A DNA stretch of 64,000 nt from Terriglobia bacterium (GCA_041494885.1 JBGQBO010000006.1:26776-90775); one strand, 5' to 3'; numbered from the stretch's first letter, positions 10,083 through 20,763 are shown. A program made the numbers and translations. Notes: generated by a model not told the origin, from the letters alone.

Positions 10083-10529
10083 ATGCGCGGCGCGAGGCTT
10101 TCCGACGCCTCCGCGATTCAGTCGATTATTGATATCTATGCCAGTCAACGGCTGATGCTCCCGCGATCCCTCATGCAAATTTACGAGAACATTCGCGACT
10201 TCTGGGTGGTCGAGGACAAGGGCCGGGTGGTCGGTCTGGGGGCCCTACATTGTTTCTGGGAGGACCTGGCGGAGGTGCGGGCCCTGGCCGTGGCCCCGGC
10301 TTACAAGAACTTTGGACTGGGGCGCGAGATCGTGCTTCGATTGATTGAAGAGGCGCGCACAATGGGGGCAGCCACGGTATTCGCCTTCACATACATTCCT
10401 CAATTCTTCTCAAAGTTCGGGTTCGAGCAAGTGCCTCATAATAGTCTTCCGTTGAAAGTATGGAAAGACTGCATCAACTGCTCTTTTTTCAATAGTTGTA
10501 ACGAGATCGCCATGATTAAGAAGTTGTGA
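10083..10529 (+). CDS. Short GNAT acetyltransferase, probable ArgA-like N-acetylglutamate synthase (short form)
   Basis: 148 aa GNAT fold (VVGLGALH...LAVAPAYKNFGLGREIV); ATG at 10083 lies just after the argH stop (10046-48). Position inside the arg cluster suggests NAGS, but function is inferred. Confidence 0.5.
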   Translation: MRGARLSDASAIQSIIDIYASQRLMLPRSLMQIYENIRDFWVVEDKGRVVGLGALHCFWEDLAEVRALAVAPAYKNFGLGREIVLRLIEEARTMGAATVFAFTYIPQFFSKFGFEQVPHNSLPLKVWKDCINCSFFNSCNEIAMIKKL

Positions 10530-10636
10530 GGGACGAGACTGCCTCCCCCGAGGTCCGCCTTGGAGTTTTATGCCCCGTGCATGTTTTCTCTTTACAAATA
10601 TCAATTCCTCGCCATAATTCATTCTCTCGTACCCGT

Positions 10637-12691
10637 ATGAAAGCAATCAAATTTCAATTTCTTCTAACAGGATTTTTCCTGGTTTCTTTATTTTGTCCCG
10701 TCGCATCCTCCGCCCAATGGCGATCTTTGGGCCCTTTTGGGGGCGATGTGCGGTCGTTGGTTCAGGATCCCAATCGACCCCAGCGTCTATATCTTGGGAC
10801 CGTGGACAGTCAAATTTTCATCTCCACGAACGAGGGTGCCCGCTGGGAACGTATAACTGCTGTCGCGCCGACGCCGGATCTCATTGTGGATCACATTGTG
10901 GTCGACCCCACCGATTCCGATCGTCTTTATGCTGGAGTGTGGTCGGTCACAAGTAATGACGAGGGTGGAATATTTCTCAGCCTCGACGCCGGGCGGACGT
11001 GGAAGGAATTGCCGGACATGAAAGGACAGTCCGTGCGCGCCTTGGCGATGTCGGCCAGCAATCACCAACTCCTTGTGGCCGGCACGCTCCAGGGAGTATT
11101 TGAAACTACGGACAGCGGACAGTCTTGGAAGCGAATTTCTCCCTCGCATCACGCGGAGATTCGAAATGTAGAATCCATCGCGGTCGACCCCAGGGATCCT
11201 CAGATCATTTACGCGGGCACGTGGCACTTGCCCTGGAAGACCACCGATGGAGGAAATTCCTGGTTTCAGATTCATCGCGGGATGATCGAAGATTCGGACG
11301 TCTTCGCGATCTTCATCCACCCCACCCTCCCTGACAGCGTTCTTCTCAGCGCTTGTAGCGGGATTTATGAAACCAGCACCGGAGGAAGCCTCTGGTCGAA
11401 GTTCAAAGGAATCCCTCCATCCAGTCGTCGGACTCGCTCCATCGTGGCCGATCCCAACGACCCCAAAGTCATTTATGCCGGCACAACGGAGGGTTTGTGG
11501 AAGACGACGGATGGGGGCGTCAGCTGGAATCGCATGACCGCCCGCACCCTCACCGTTAACTCCATTGTCCTCGATTCCCGGGATCATTCCAGAATCCTGC
11601 TGGCGACCGATGATTCGGGGATTTTGTTGAGCACCAATGGGGGCCGACAGTTCATTCCCATCAATGACGGATTCACCAGCCGCGCTGTCTCCTCCGTGCT
11701 CTTCGACCGCCAGACACGGGGAAGAATTTATGTCGGAGTTTTATATGATTCCGAAAATGGGGGGGTGTTCCGGACAGAGGATGGAGGTCTCTCCTGGCGA
11801 CAAACCATTGATGGATTGACCACCACGGACGTGTATACCCTTTTCCAATCTCCATCAGATCCCTCCCTTTGGGCTGGAACTTCGGAGGGAGCTTTTGTGC
11901 TGACCTCCTCAACGGGTCGTTGGAAACGTGCGGATCGGGTGGTGGGATCCCGGGCAGTGCCTTCGAATCCACCCCGCTCGGCCCCCGGAGCAACGTCAGG
12001 ATTGGGTGGGGTGACGGGCTTTTCGGGGGACCCGTCTCCCGGTCGACCGTTCTATGCCGTATCTCAGCGAGGACTCTTTGTTTCGCGCGATGCGGGCGCG
12101 AACTGGAAGCCGCTTGCGCTTCCCGCCGTTGGCGGCAGAGGGTCCACCGTCCTTGCTCTGACGGATGGACGAATCATTTACGGCAGCTCCTCCGGTCTGC
12201 TCTTCTCAAAGGATCGGGGTATACACTGGAACGTGATCCCTCTTGAAGAGGGTCCAATTCCCGTTCATTTCATTGCTGCCCTTCCGGACGATGAAGAGGT
12301 GGTTCTGGTGGGAACGGGACGAGGCGTGTACCGGTCGATCGATGGCGGAGCGACCTGGGCTCGCTCGGGGATCGGCTTGCCCCGCTCGGATATTGGGGAT
12401 ATTCGTTTCGACATCCACCGCGGAATTGAAATTTATGTGACCGAATCCCATTGGGGTTCGATCTATCATTCGGCAGATCGGGGGGAAACCTGGAATTTGA
12501 TCAGCCCCCAGGCCGGATGGGGGCTGAAGTTCCGGTCCATTTTACCGGACCCTCTCGACCCATCACGCGTCTACGCCTTGTTCTTCCGGGAAGGATTGTA
12601 CTGGTTAGACGCCGGAACTTTTTCAAAATCGAAGAACCCACTTTTAGGCGATCGCAGGAGCGAGCTGAACCTTCATGACCGGGCCAAGTGA
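10637..12691 (+). CDS. Secreted BNR/Asp-box repeat protein (sialidase/GH74-like beta-propeller)
   Basis: Signal peptide MKAIKFQFLLTGFFLVSLFCPVASSAQW; at least 12 Asp-box-like S/TxDxGxTW repeats (STNEGARWE, SLDAGRTWK, TTDSGQSWK, TTDGGNSWF, TTDGGVSWN, TEDGGLSWR, SRDAGANWK, SIDGGATWA, SADRGETWN ...). 3' end overlaps the argJ start by 17 nt. Confidence 0.75.
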   Translation: MKAIKFQFLLTGFFLVSLFCPVASSAQWRSLGPFGGDVRSLVQDPNRPQRLYLGTVDSQIFISTNEGARWERITAVAPTPDLIVDHIVVDPTDSDRLYAGVWSVTSNDEGGIFLSLDAGRTWKELPDMKGQSVRALAMSASNHQLLVAGTLQGVFETTDSGQSWKRISPSHHAEIRNVESIAVDPRDPQIIYAGTWHLPWKTTDGGNSWFQIHRGMIEDSDVFAIFIHPTLPDSVLLSACSGIYETSTGGSLWSKFKGIPPSSRRTRSIVADPNDPKVIYAGTTEGLWKTTDGGVSWNRMTARTLTVNSIVLDSRDHSRILLATDDSGILLSTNGGRQFIPINDGFTSRAVSSVLFDRQTRGRIYVGVLYDSENGGVFRTEDGGLSWRQTIDGLTTTDVYTLFQSPSDPSLWAGTSEGAFVLTSSTGRWKRADRVVGSRAVPSNPPRSAPGATSGLGGVTGFSGDPSPGRPFYAVSQRGLFVSRDAGANWKPLALPAVGGRGSTVLALTDGRIIYGSSSGLLFSKDRGIHWNVIPLEEGPIPVHFIAALPDDEEVVLVGTGRGVYRSIDGGATWARSGIGLPRSDIGDIRFDIHRGIEIYVTESHWGSIYHSADRGETWNLISPQAGWGLKFRSILPDPLDPSRVYALFFREGLYWLDAGTFSKSKNPLLGDRRSELNLHDRAK

Positions 12692-13907
12692 TCGTTGGAT
12701 GGAAATTGAAGGGGGTGTGACCACACCTCTCAAGTACAAAGCCGCTGCCCTCGCCGCAGGAATCAAACCCGGCTCGCAGAAGAAGGATCTGGCAATCTTG
12801 TTCAGTGAATTGCCTGCGTTGGGGGCCGCGCTGTTCACGCGAAACCGCGTCGCGGCCGCGCCCGTGTTGATTTCGCGCAGACTCCTTTTGGAGGGGCGGG
12901 GACGGGTGCGAGCCCTTATTGTGAATTCTGGAAATGCCAATGCTTGCACGGGAAAGCGTGGCCTGCAAGACGCTGAGCGCATGGCCCGGATGGCAGCGGG
13001 TGCTTTGAAGATTCCCAAAGGTTCTGCCCTCGTCGCCTCGACTGGAGTGATCGGCCTGGCACTTCCCATGGATCGGATCACGCGCGGTATCCCGAAGGTT
13101 GTCGAGCGGCTTTCAAATCACGGAGGTCCTGATTTTTCTGAGGCCATTCTTACTACGGATACGCGGAAGAAGAATTGCGTCGTTCGCTCGCGGCTGGGGG
13201 GTCGAGCGGTCGCCATTGCCGGGACCGCCAAAGGCGCCGGTATGATTCAGCCGCGCCTGGCGACCATGTTGGCTTTTCTCACGACGGATGCAAGCCTCTC
13301 CCTCTCCCTTTTGAAAGAAGCGCTGCGCCTGGCCGCGGAGGTTTCCTTTAACCGGGTCACGGTGGACGGCGATACGTCAACCAACGACTCGCTCTTTCTG
13401 CTGGCGAACGGGGCGAATGGTGCACCCACGATTTCGAGGAAAGGTCGTTCGTTCAACCATTTTTTGCAGGGGCTCCTCCACGTGTGTACTTCGCTGGCCC
13501 AGAAAATTGCCCGTGATGGCGAGGGAGCATCGAAGTTTATTTCAGTCAACGTCAACGGAGGCCGGACATCCCTTGAGTGTGAACGGGTCGCCCGGAGCAT
13601 TGCGAACTCCTCGCTTGTCAAGACGGCGATTGCCGGGGCCGATGCCAATTGGGGGCGCATCATTTGCGCTGCCGGCTATTCAGGAGTTCCCCTGAACCCG
13701 GAGCGAGTGGACATCTCTTTGAACGGCCTTCAGGTTTGTCGCCGCGGTCAACCGACGCGCTTTGACGAAGTGCGCGCCAAGGAATTGCTGCAAAACCCGG
13801 AGATCCAGATCGATGTCCGCCTTGGACAGGGGCACCACTCAGCTACAGTTTGGACTTGCGATTTGACCGAAGATTACATCAGAATAAACGCCTTATACCG
13901 AACCTGA
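12675..13907 (+). CDS. argJ: Bifunctional glutamate N-acetyltransferase / amino-acid acetyltransferase ArgJ
   Basis: 410 aa; autocatalytic cleavage motif ATMLAFLTTDA and ArgJ-wide homology. Confidence 0.9.
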   Translation: MTGPSDRWMEIEGGVTTPLKYKAAALAAGIKPGSQKKDLAILFSELPALGAALFTRNRVAAAPVLISRRLLLEGRGRVRALIVNSGNANACTGKRGLQDAERMARMAAGALKIPKGSALVASTGVIGLALPMDRITRGIPKVVERLSNHGGPDFSEAILTTDTRKKNCVVRSRLGGRAVAIAGTAKGAGMIQPRLATMLAFLTTDASLSLSLLKEALRLAAEVSFNRVTVDGDTSTNDSLFLLANGANGAPTISRKGRSFNHFLQGLLHVCTSLAQKIARDGEGASKFISVNVNGGRTSLECERVARSIANSSLVKTAIAGADANWGRIICAAGYSGVPLNPERVDISLNGLQVCRRGQPTRFDEVRAKELLQNPEIQIDVRLGQGHHSATVWTCDLTEDYIRINALYRT

Positions 13908-14004
13908 TTTGTCTCGGCGCTCCTAGCGCCTCCGCGGCGGTTGCCGGTTTGGGATTTATCTTAATCATGAGGGTGGCCATGATGGAAAGCGAAGTGTCGA
14001 TATC

Positions 14005-14538
14005 ATGCCGAAATCTAAAATACTCAACTCGAAAAAGGTCTTTACAGGACGGACGATCGAGCTGGTTCAAGATTATGTCGTTGAACCCAGCGGCCGCTCG
14101 ACCACACGGGAGGTGGTTCGCCATCCCCCCGCCGTCGTCATCCTGCCCATGATCAACAAGAGCGAAATCGTCCTCATTCGTCAGTACCGCTATGCGGTGG
14201 ATGATTTTCTGTGGGAACTTCCTGCGGGGAGTGTTGAGAATGGGGAGACCATTCTCCAGGCTGGAGGCCGGGAGTTGGAGGAGGAAACCGGCTATCGTGC
14301 GGGTGCGGTATCGGAACTGGCCAAGTTCTATTCAGCGCCCGGATTTACGGATGAACAGATGCATCTGCTTGTCGCCTCCCAACTGACAAAGGCCGAGGCG
14401 CATCCCGACAGTGACGAGAGCATTGAATGCCATTGCATTTCGCGGGAGAAGGTCTTCGCCATGTTGTTTGGAGGCGACATCATCGACGCCAAGACCATTG
14501 CCGGGCTCTTGCTGGCGAAATCCAAGTTGAACCTGTGA
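14005..14538 (+). CDS. nudF: NUDIX hydrolase (ADP-ribose pyrophosphatase-like)
   Basis: 177 aa; Nudix box GGRELEEETGYRA present. Confidence 0.8.
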   Translation: MPKSKILNSKKVFTGRTIELVQDYVVEPSGRSTTREVVRHPPAVVILPMINKSEIVLIRQYRYAVDDFLWELPAGSVENGETILQAGGRELEEETGYRAGAVSELAKFYSAPGFTDEQMHLLVASQLTKAEAHPDSDESIECHCISREKVFAMLFGGDIIDAKTIAGLLLAKSKLNL

Positions 14539-15127
14539 GCAACGGTGCTTGCAAGGACTTCCGAAGCCCTGGCGGGAGACCATGAGGCCGATCAGGAAAT
14601 CAATGACTCGTTCGGGCGATAAGGGGGCCATGCATGATTAACCTCCCTATAGCGAAGAGGGAGTAGATTTGACGGTGATTCGTTGGACGCTTTCCCTCAC
14701 TTCAGCGGAGCGTTTGGAGGTCCTCCAACAGAATGCTCAGTCCCTTCTGAGGCTGCGTGACGACACATCCATAACCTGATTTTCTCGAAACCCTGCGAAC
14801 TCTCCCGCCCCATCAGGTGGATTTTGCCCATCGTCAGCGGTGTGTGTGCGGTACTCCATGGCCCCCCATTGCCACTTTAGATTGGATTGCGTCCACTCGA
14901 TCTCCTGCTGAAGATTGGTCTTGTCAGTTGACGAAACGGTCCTGAATCCTGACACTCGGATCCGGACCTCAATCGAAACTGCCCGGACCAAAGACAAGAC
15001 CATGAACTTCATGCTGCCACAAAGCGTGCAGTAAAGATCCTGAGCGTAAGCGGTCAATTAAAGAAGGCTCGCCGCGATCGTGAGAGCGCCCAGCACTGGC
15101 TGAACTCTATTCCTCACCGCGTTGTTG

Positions 15128-15176
15128 GCACCCTCCCCGGCAGGCTGCACCGCCGGGCCCGCGGTCCCCTTTTTTG
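15128..15176 (+). terminator. Possible intrinsic terminator (GC-rich hairpin ccggcaggctgcaccgccgggcccgcggtcccc followed by TTTTTT) ending a plus-strand transcript from the 14.5-15.1 kb non-coding region
   Basis: Stem-loop plus T6 run read in sequence; imperfect stem. Confidence 0.3.
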
Positions 15177-15205
15177 ACAATCATGCCAATTCAACTTATA
15201 ATCAC
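15171..15205 (+). promoter_or_regulatory. Consensus sigma70 promoter for uvrA (TTGACA-N17-TATAAT)
   Basis: ttTTGACAatcatgccaattcaactTATAATcac read directly, about 70 nt upstream of the uvrA ATG. Confidence 0.5.
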
Positions 15206-15277
15206 CCATTTATGAAAGCGGCCGCAGAGTTCGCTATCAGGCCGCCACTTTAATCGCGGAGCGGGTAGAGCCTTCGG

Positions 15278-18262
15278 ATGGAGTCGAATAGTAATCTCAT
15301 TGTTCGAGGCGCACGCGTCAACAATCTCAAGAACGTCTCCTTTGAACTTCCGTTCAACAGCCTCACGGTCGTGACCGGCGTGAGCGGCTCGGGAAAATCG
15401 TCACTCGCATTTGATCTGCTTTATGCCGAGGGGCAGCGACGTTACATCGAATCCCTGTCCGCCTACGCCCGACAATTTCTGGAGCGCATCGAGAAACCTG
15501 ATGTGGATGGCATTGACGGCATTATGCCGGCCATCGCTATCCGACAGAAGACCTCCTCTCGAAATCCGCGGTCCACGGTGGCCACCACCACCGAAGTTTA
15601 TGATTTTCTGCGGCTGCTGTTCGCCCGCATCGGCGTCACCTACTGCCGCCGTTGCGGAGAACCGATTCAGAAAGATTCTCCCAATCAAGTCGCGGAAAGA
15701 ATTCTCAAACTCCCGGAAGGCACGAGATTCTACGTTCTGTTCACAGTTCACGATTCCAATCCGACGGCACGCCCTCCCGACCCTAAAGGACCCCGCCTGA
15801 AGAAGTCGAAACCCGGCCCCACTCCGCAGGCTGTCGCTGTCAAAGAGACCTTGAGTGAGCTGCGCAAAAACGGCTTCGGGCGACTTGTTCAAAACAGCCG
15901 GGTTTTTGAATTCTCCACGCCCGAGTCGCTCATCGACTTGAACCTGGACGAACCCATCTATGTGCTGGTCGATCGGCTCTCGGTGAGCCCTGAAATTCGT
16001 CAGCGTCTCATCGATTCATTGGAGATCTGCTTTAAGGGCGGCAAGGGCCAAGCCATTATCCAGTTGGTGGCAAGTCGCGAAGGCAGCCCGGTCACACCGG
16101 CCGAATCCTCTCAACGAGAGTGGTCCGGGACGTCTGAGGCGAATCAGCGAGAACCCCTGCTCTTCTTCAGCGACAAGTTTGAGTGTAAGCAGTGCAACAT
16201 CTCCTACCCTGAGCCGGAACCTCAACTCTTCTCCTTCAACAATCCTTACGGCGCGTGCCCGCGGTGTCAGGGCTTTGGGAACACCATCGATTTTGATCTT
16301 GACCTGGTGATTCCGGACAAGAACAAGTCCCTTGAAGGCGGGGCCATCGAGCCATGGACGAAACTCCAATATCGACATCCGATGATTGAACTGCGAAAGC
16401 TGGCCCGTGAAAAAGGTATTCCCCTTAATGTTCCCTACCAACAACTTTCGGAGGAGCACAAGAAGGTCATTCTGGAAGGGCAAGGGCGGTTTTTGGGGCT
16501 GAAGGGGTTCTTTCAATACCTCGAACGGAAAAAATACAAACTTCACGTGCGCGTGTTTCTGAGCCGCTATCGTGGGTACTCCATGTGTCCCGACTGTCAT
16601 GGAACGCGCCTTCGATCTGAAGCGAGGGATGTCAAGGTGGGTGGCAAGGCGGTCACAGAAATCAATGCCATGACTATTGCGGAGGCACACACCTTCTTCC
16701 GAACCCTCAGTTTGACGTCTCTCCAGGAAGCCATCGCCGGCAAGTTGCTTGAAGAGATCCGGCTTCGCCTCAAGTTCCTTTTTGAAGTGGGGCTCCACTA
16801 TATCTCGCTGGACCGGCTGGCTTCGACGCTCTCCGGAGGTGAATCACAGCGCATTCAGCTGGCCTCCTCGCTCGGTTCCTCCCTGGTGGGAACGCTGTAT
16901 ATTTTGGATGAACCATCGATTGGCCTCCATCCTCGTGATTCGCAGAGGCTCATCAGCCTGCTAAAGAACCTGCGTGATTTGGGAAACACCGTCGTGGTGG
17001 TGGAGCATGATGCAGAAATGATGAAGGCAGCCGACCACATCCTTGACCTGGGTCCAGGTGCGGGAGAACTGGGCGGCACCGTCGTCTACTCCGGCCCCTA
17101 TGAGAGCCTCGCACGGGAAGGTCATTCGCTGACCGGACGGTATCTCAACGGCGATCTGCGGATCAATGTGCCCCGTCAGCGCGCCCGGCAAACGGGGAAA
17201 TACCTGAAAGTTTTCGGCGCGCAAATGCACAATCTCAAGAACATCGATTTGTCCATTCCACTGGGCTTGATGGTCACCATCACCGGCGTCTCCGGATCGG
17301 GCAAGTCCACCCTCGTTCATGATGTCATTTACGAAGCCTACCGTGAACACCGGGGAGAAAAGGTGAGTCATCGAGCCTACGGCCGGGTTGAAGGATGGGC
17401 CCATATCAAGGAAGTGATTCTCGTCGACCAGTCCCCTATCGGTCGCAGCCCGCGATCCAATCCCGTCACCTATATCAAGGCGTTTGACGCCATCCGGGAG
17501 GTTTTTGCTTCCACCCCGGAAGCGCAAAAGCATGGGATGCACGCTGGACATTTCTCATTCAATATCCCCGGAGGGCGCTGCGAAACCTGCGAGGGGGATG
17601 GCCGCGTGACGGTGGAGATGCAGTTTCTCGCTGACGTGGAGTTGATCTGTGAAGAGTGCAAGGGCTGTCGATTCAAGCCCTCCGTGCTCGAGGTCAAGCA
17701 CAAAGGAAAAAACATCCACGAGGTCCTCCAGATGACCGTCCGGGAAGCGCTGACCTTTTTCTCGAATTTTCCCAAAATCGTCAAAAAGCTCAAAATCCTG
17801 GAAGAGGTGGGGCTGGGCTATATTCGGTTGGGACAATCGGCAACAACTCTTTCGGGCGGTGAGGCGCAACGCGTGAAACTCGCCACCCATCTCGCCCAAG
17901 CCACCAGTGACTCCGTTCTGTACATTTTCGATGAACCCACCACTGGGCTTCATTTCGACGATATTAATAAGCTCCTCCGCGCCTTCCACAAACTCATTGA
18001 AGCCCGGGCCTCTCTTCTGATTATTGAGCACAACCTGGATGTGATTAAGTCTTCGGATTGGGTGATTGATCTGGGGCCAGAGGGGGGAGACGCGGGGGGC
18101 CAAGTCGTGGCCTACGGGACACCGGAGCAAGTGGCGAAGATTGATAAGTCTTATACGGGCAAATTTCTTAAAGCAGCTCTCATGAACAACCACATTAATA
18201 ATGGAAACCAGGGAAATGGCGGAGGGGGCCGAACCTTGACCTTTGAAAGATTAGAAAAATGA
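15278..18262 (+). CDS. uvrA: Excinuclease ABC subunit A, UvrA
   Basis: 994 aa; two ABC ATPase modules ([18 protein letters not shown] Walker A, LSGGE signatures), zinc-finger Cys clusters, colinear with canonical UvrA. Confidence 0.95.
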   Translation: MESNSNLIVRGARVNNLKNVSFELPFNSLTVVTGVSGSGKSSLAFDLLYAEGQRRYIESLSAYARQFLERIEKPDVDGIDGIMPAIAIRQKTSSRNPRSTVATTTEVYDFLRLLFARIGVTYCRRCGEPIQKDSPNQVAERILKLPEGTRFYVLFTVHDSNPTARPPDPKGPRLKKSKPGPTPQAVAVKETLSELRKNGFGRLVQNSRVFEFSTPESLIDLNLDEPIYVLVDRLSVSPEIRQRLIDSLEICFKGGKGQAIIQLVASREGSPVTPAESSQREWSGTSEANQREPLLFFSDKFECKQCNISYPEPEPQLFSFNNPYGACPRCQGFGNTIDFDLDLVIPDKNKSLEGGAIEPWTKLQYRHPMIELRKLAREKGIPLNVPYQQLSEEHKKVILEGQGRFLGLKGFFQYLERKKYKLHVRVFLSRYRGYSMCPDCHGTRLRSEARDVKVGGKAVTEINAMTIAEAHTFFRTLSLTSLQEAIAGKLLEEIRLRLKFLFEVGLHYISLDRLASTLSGGESQRIQLASSLGSSLVGTLYILDEPSIGLHPRDSQRLISLLKNLRDLGNTVVVVEHDAEMMKAADHILDLGPGAGELGGTVVYSGPYESLAREGHSLTGRYLNGDLRINVPRQRARQTGKYLKVFGAQMHNLKNIDLSIPLGLMVTITGVSGSGKSTLVHDVIYEAYREHRGEKVSHRAYGRVEGWAHIKEVILVDQSPIGRSPRSNPVTYIKAFDAIREVFASTPEAQKHGMHAGHFSFNIPGGRCETCEGDGRVTVEMQFLADVELICEECKGCRFKPSVLEVKHKGKNIHEVLQMTVREALTFFSNFPKIVKKLKILEEVGLGYIRLGQSATTLSGGEAQRVKLATHLAQATSDSVLYIFDEPTTGLHFDDINKLLRAFHKLIEARASLLIIEHNLDVIKSSDWVIDLGPEGGDAGGQVVAYGTPEQVAKIDKSYTGKFLKAALMNNHINNGNQGNGGGGRTLTFERLEK

Positions 18263-18367
18263 GGCGGGGGTTCTTCCGTTATGAAAGGGCGTGGGGCGTA
18301 TCGTTCGGCCTGGCGGATGCCCCTCCAATTTGAGAGAAGGCCTGGCCATATCTCTGCTGAGAAGCTC

Positions 18368-18733
18368 TCAGATCAGCTTCTTCGATTCATCCACTGATTT
18401 CGTGGATTTCATCATATCCTTAAATCCCAAAACCTTGGCCACGGCCCCTTCATCCTCTGCTTCTTTTTTCATTCCCTTCTTCATGTAAAGCATGGAGAGG
18501 CTCGAATGGGCCAAGATGTCGTCCGGATCGATGGCGATGAGTTGCTTGGCAGCTTCAATGCCCTTATCCAGGTCGTTGATGGCGCTGTAAGCGTTGATCA
18601 AGGCATGCCAGACATCGCTGTACTGGGAATCAATTTCAAGCGCCTCTTTGTAACACTCAATCGCTTCGAGCAGATTGTCTTCCAGGGCAAGCATGACCCC
18701 CTTTTCGTACAAGTCCTCTTTGGATTCCATCAA
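18368..18733 (-). CDS. Small tetratricopeptide-repeat (TPR) protein
   Basis: 121 aa; TPR-like AxxAxxYxxAL repeats (LEAIECYKEALEIDSQYSDVWHAL...). Lower G+C than neighbours. Confidence 0.55.
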   Translation of the reverse strand: MMESKEDLYEKGVMLALEDNLLEAIECYKEALEIDSQYSDVWHALINAYSAINDLDKGIEAAKQLIAIDPDDILAHSSLSMLYMKKGMKKEAEDEGAVAKVLGFKDMMKSTKSVDESKKLI

Positions 18734-18968
18734 TTTTGTCCTCTTTCGCCAGACCTCTCACTCGTGGATAAAAGTTTATACCACATCTTGGAGGGAAGGA
18801 CAAAAGCCGTGGAGCCGCACGTCCCTGAACCCCTAAGAAACCTGTTCTACGCCCCTGCCAAATCCATTGTCCGTGCCAGGATGGGAGTAGAAAACGATGG
18901 TCACGCCAAGGTCGCGGAATGGGGCAAGTGATCTCGTCGTGATATCATTTGGGAGAAAACCGGCGGAA

Positions 18969-19481
18969 TCAAAAGGGTTCTTCGGACCAGGCAAATGAGG
19001 CCAGCCGCCACATTGAATTCTGCCGCACAAAGACCCACGTGCCTCGCCCTTTGTACCCATGGACGTTGCGATCCGCAAACGCGTTGGAGAGTTTTTTGAA
19101 ATTGGCTTGTGCGACGACGGCGTTGGGAGAAGGGGTCAGTTGCAGGTTCTCCACGGTGAGATTAACGGCCTGGCCAGCCTTGAAGTATTGATGATAAAAA
19201 AGCCGGGCGCGGGCCAGGTCCATCGATTCTCCGGTGTTGCCATTAATCTCCGCATAATCTGAAACACAATCATTAAGAAGCTGATCCGCATCGTGATTCT
19301 GGTACGCGGACCTCTCCCGGTCCAGCAGTTCCTGGAGTGTGGCCGTGAAATCCTCTGTCTTTTGACTCACCCCTTGCGCGGTGGTCTTTGTGGCGCGCCA
19401 TTCATCGATTTTCTGTCCGCCCAGGTAGCCACCAACGGCCCCGATTACAAGGATGACGAAAAGATAAACCATTCCTTTCAC
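18969..19481 (-). CDS. Membrane-anchored NTF2-like (SnoaL/DUF4440-like) protein, unknown function
   Basis: 170 aa; N-terminal TM helix (LFVILVIGAVGGYLGG) plus about 130-aa domain of NTF2-like composition. Confidence 0.45.
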   Translation of the reverse strand: MKGMVYLFVILVIGAVGGYLGGQKIDEWRATKTTAQGVSQKTEDFTATLQELLDRERSAYQNHDADQLLNDCVSDYAEINGNTGESMDLARARLFYHQYFKAGQAVNLTVENLQLTPSPNAVVAQANFKKLSNAFADRNVHGYKGRGTWVFVRQNSMWRLASFAWSEEPF

Positions 19482-19505
19482 GGAATCACTCCCCCTCTCT
19501 GAGTG

Positions 19506-20120
19506 TTAAATATGAATACCCAGCCTGAAGGCACAATAAACAAAAACCTCCCGAAGCGAATGCCAGAACCGGGCCGCTGGAGAGTTCTCAATGGGGCTGC
19601 CCGGGGCGGGAGAAGGATACACGAGGATACCCTCATATGCAAAGATGGCTTTGCTACGGAACAGATGAAACCCGTCGCTCACCACAATACAGGAACGGTA
19701 CCCCCCCTGAGTCAACCGCTCTTTGACCGAGCGGACGCTTTGCAGAGTCGTCTCCCCGTTGGGGTCGACCTCGATCGCAGCGGCGGGCACGCCCCGTTTC
19801 ATCAGGTACTCCCTGGCGGCCCCCGCTTCGGTGAATCTCTTATCCAGACCGTAGCCCCCCGTCGTAATAATCCGCGGGGCCAGCTTCCTGTTGAACAGGT
19901 TGACGGTGTGATCCAGGCGTGCCTTCAGGACAGGAGAGGGGCGGCCGTTGTATTGAGCTGCACCCAGAACAACGATGCAATCGGAACTCCGGGCTTCGTC
20001 GCGGGTCGCCTGTCTCCGGATGGCGGAATAAATCCTCAGGCCATACATGATGATCACGACAACGAGCAATCCCAACAGAAGCCAGATTCTAATCCGTTTT
20101 GATTGCCCTCTCATGGTCAT
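19506..20120 (-). CDS. DUF218 / YdcF (SanA/ElyC-like) family protein
   Basis: 204 aa; N-terminal TM, then IVVLGAAQYNGRPSPVLKARLD...ITTGG, typical DUF218 core. Start lies 4 nt after the tsaC stop, so likely co-transcribed. Confidence 0.7.
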   Translation of the reverse strand: MTMRGQSKRIRIWLLLGLLVVVIIMYGLRIYSAIRRQATRDEARSSDCIVVLGAAQYNGRPSPVLKARLDHTVNLFNRKLAPRIITTGGYGLDKRFTEAGAAREYLMKRGVPAAAIEVDPNGETTLQSVRSVKERLTQGGYRSCIVVSDGFHLFRSKAIFAYEGILVYPSPAPGSPIENSPAARFWHSLREVFVYCAFRLGIHI

Positions 20121-20124
20121 CAGG

Positions 20125-20763
20125 CTAGAGCCATTTTTTCAATTTGCTTCTGCTGATTACACCTTCGCGTATGATTTTCATCGTGGGTCCTGTCATATCC
20201 ACAACGGTTGAAGGTTTATCGGCAAGGACAGGACCGCCATCAATCAGCATATCGACGCGGCCACCAATTTGCCCAAGCACCTGGCTGGCAGTCGTACACG
20301 AAGGCAGCGTGGAGAGGTTGGCGCTTGTGGCGGTCAGCGGAACCCCGGCGGACCGAATCAGTCCCCGGGCTAACTTTGAATTGGGCATTCGCAGACCTAT
20401 GTTCCCGGTTCCGCCGGTCACTTTGAGAGGAAGGCGGTGCGAAGCGCGCATGACGATCGTCAGCGGACCCGGCCAGAATTCCTCGGTGAGCTCCTCAAGG
20501 TCATCGGGCAGCACCGCCGTCAACATGGGGATTTGTTCCACATTGTCGAGGAGCAACAACAAGGGCTTGGACCGGGGCCGTCCTTTGATCTGATAGACGC
20601 GCTCCACCGCCGCCAGGTTAAAGGGATCGGCCCCCAGCCCGTAGAAGGTATCTGTCGGAAAAGCCACAACCAGCCCTGCCTGGATCGCCTTGCCGGCGGG
20701 AATGAGTTCGGATTCCTTGAATTTTTTTTGATCCACACTGATGATTTCAGTGGCAATGTGCAT
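20125..20763 (-). CDS. tsaC: L-threonylcarbamoyladenylate synthase TsaC/YrdC (t6A biosynthesis)
   Basis: 212 aa; YrdC/Sua5 fold motifs (VVAFPTDTFYGLGADP, KGRPRSKPL, GLRMP, TSANLS). Confidence 0.85.
   Translation of the reverse strand: MHIATEIISVDQKKFKESELIPAGKAIQAGLVVAFPTDTFYGLGADPFNLAAVERVYQIKGRPRSKPLLLLLDNVEQIPMLTAVLPDDLEELTEEFWPGPLTIVMRASHRLPLKVTGGTGNIGLRMPNSKLARGLIRSAGVPLTATSANLSTLPSCTTASQVLGQIGGRVDMLIDGGPVLADKPSTVVDMTGPTMKIIREGVISRSKLKKWL

Noticed and set aside
10787-11587. 266-aa minus-strand ORF
   Set aside because: Antisense to the BNR-repeat gene, whose sense frame has repeated Asp-box motifs.
11951-11985. tRNA T-arm-like sequence (ccTTCGAATCCACC)
   Set aside because: Flanking bases cannot form the T-stem or an acceptor stem. 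It sits inside the BNR-repeat coding frame, so it is a coincidental motif.
14737-15057. 106-aa minus-strand ORF in the non-coding region
   Set aside because: No RBS or motif, odd composition, not supported by neighbouring gene organisation.
14539-15277. RNase P RNA, tmRNA or SRP RNA in the long non-coding region
   Set aside because: I looked by eye on both strands for the conserved blocks (AGGAAAGTCCGGGC / ACAGAACCCGGCTTA; GGGG...TTCGAC and ...TCCACCA; GGAAGGAAGCAGC) and found none. An unknown ncRNA remains possible (kept as a low-confidence finding).
16016-17551. Minus-strand ORFs of 260 and 196 aa
   Set aside because: Lie entirely within uvrA on the opposite strand; no motifs.
18350-18367. 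Short palindrome ctgagaagctctcag after uvrA as a bidirectional terminator
   Set aside because: Only a 6-bp stem with no flanking T/A run, and it overlaps the stop of the convergent TPR gene; too weak to call.
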